Virus record (IMG/VR): IMGVR_UViG_3300037419_000521 | Location: 1-43,952 of that record | Strand: one strand, 5' to 3' | Origin: a virus | Taxonomy: Duplodnaviria > Caudoviricetes | Length of the DNA stretch: 43,952 nucleotides | Part shown: positions 43,652 through 43,952 of the stretch, in pieces | How the letters are laid out: every line of letters begins with the position of its first letter | Position numbering within the stretch: position 1 is the first letter of the stretch | The notes under the pieces: generated by a model | What the model was told of the DNA's origin: nothing | Databases searched by the model: none | Seen by the model: the letters and a program-made list of their open reading frames with translations, nothing else | Position numbers and translations under genes: made by a program

Positions 43652-43681
43652 AAAGAGAACGCCCCCGACATGCGGGGGCGC
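43652..43681 (-). terminator. Terminator after the capsid gene
   Basis: Minus strand CGCCCCCG-CATGT-CGGGGGCG followed by TTCTCTTT. Confidence 0.65.
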
Positions 43682-43952
43682 CAGGTTGTTGCGGCCGGTG
43701 ACGCTTACGCGCCCTGGCTGCCGTACCAGTTGCGGAAGTCGCCGATCTGCAACGAGTAACGCTCGGTGGCCTTCGCCAGCGCGTTTTCGGTGCCGAAGTC
43801 GTTGTCCTTCGTGAATTCCAGCTCACGGCGCTGGAACAGCGTCAGGCCGTCGTCGACGTCGGTGCGGATGAAGAACGCGTCCGGATCGGTGAAGAAGTGG
43901 TTCACCTTGAAGCCTTCCGGGAACGTGCCCATCGCGCGCAGGGCATTGATGG
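43670..43952. repeat. Terminal direct repeat, right copy (second allele of the capsid 3' end, partial CDS 43705-43952)
   Basis: Encodes the same capsid C-terminus as 38-285. Confidence 0.95.

Noticed and set aside
43670-43952. Diverged capsid-end copy as a DGR template/variable repeat pair or T7-like terminal repeat
   Set aside because: No reverse transcriptase is present, the differences are synonymous and not adenine-specific, and the exact 127-bp identity points to an assembly overlap.
1-43952. CRISPR arrays, tRNA genes, IS elements, tape measure gene
   Set aside because: None seen by eye: no regularly spaced repeats, cloverleaf or transposase. Absence of a tape measure gene is consistent with a podovirus.

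Overview
The window is an apparently complete, circularly permuted genome (unit length about 43.67 kb) of a high-GC temperate podovirus with lambdoid regulation and a P22-like tail and ejection apparatus. The host is probably a betaproteobacterium, possibly Massilia/Oxalobacteraceae (inference). The minus-strand late operon starts at a lambda pR'-like promoter (11101-11129) after a Q-like gene. It runs through a fibre-like gene cluster, terS, terL, portal, GroES, scaffold and capsid, then across the contig join into adaptor, GNAT, ejection proteins, gp10, tailspike and a holin/GH73 endolysin/Rz/Rz1 cassette. The early region has cro/cI with five 15-bp operators, a DUF1376 initiator with iterons, an N6/N4 MTase, a DUF2829 (Tad2-like) fusion, RusA, RecT and exonuclease, a repeat-rich C5-MTase, xis/int and an intact attP-like segment. 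The strongest findings are: (1) an SOS-wired switch made of a CI with no autocleavage domain and a LexA-boxed small gene that overlaps cI antisense and appears to mimic the CI C-terminal helix; (2) a second LexA box on a solo imuA beside attP; (3) a hairpin-dense segment of about 300 nt, a candidate ncRNA, in the immunity region; (4) a 26-aa counter-oriented membrane peptide next to the ejection genes. The two contig ends carry two alleles of the capsid 3' end followed by exactly 127 identical bp, which looks like an assembly artefact of a strain mixture. All family assignments are from motif recognition; no database search was run.
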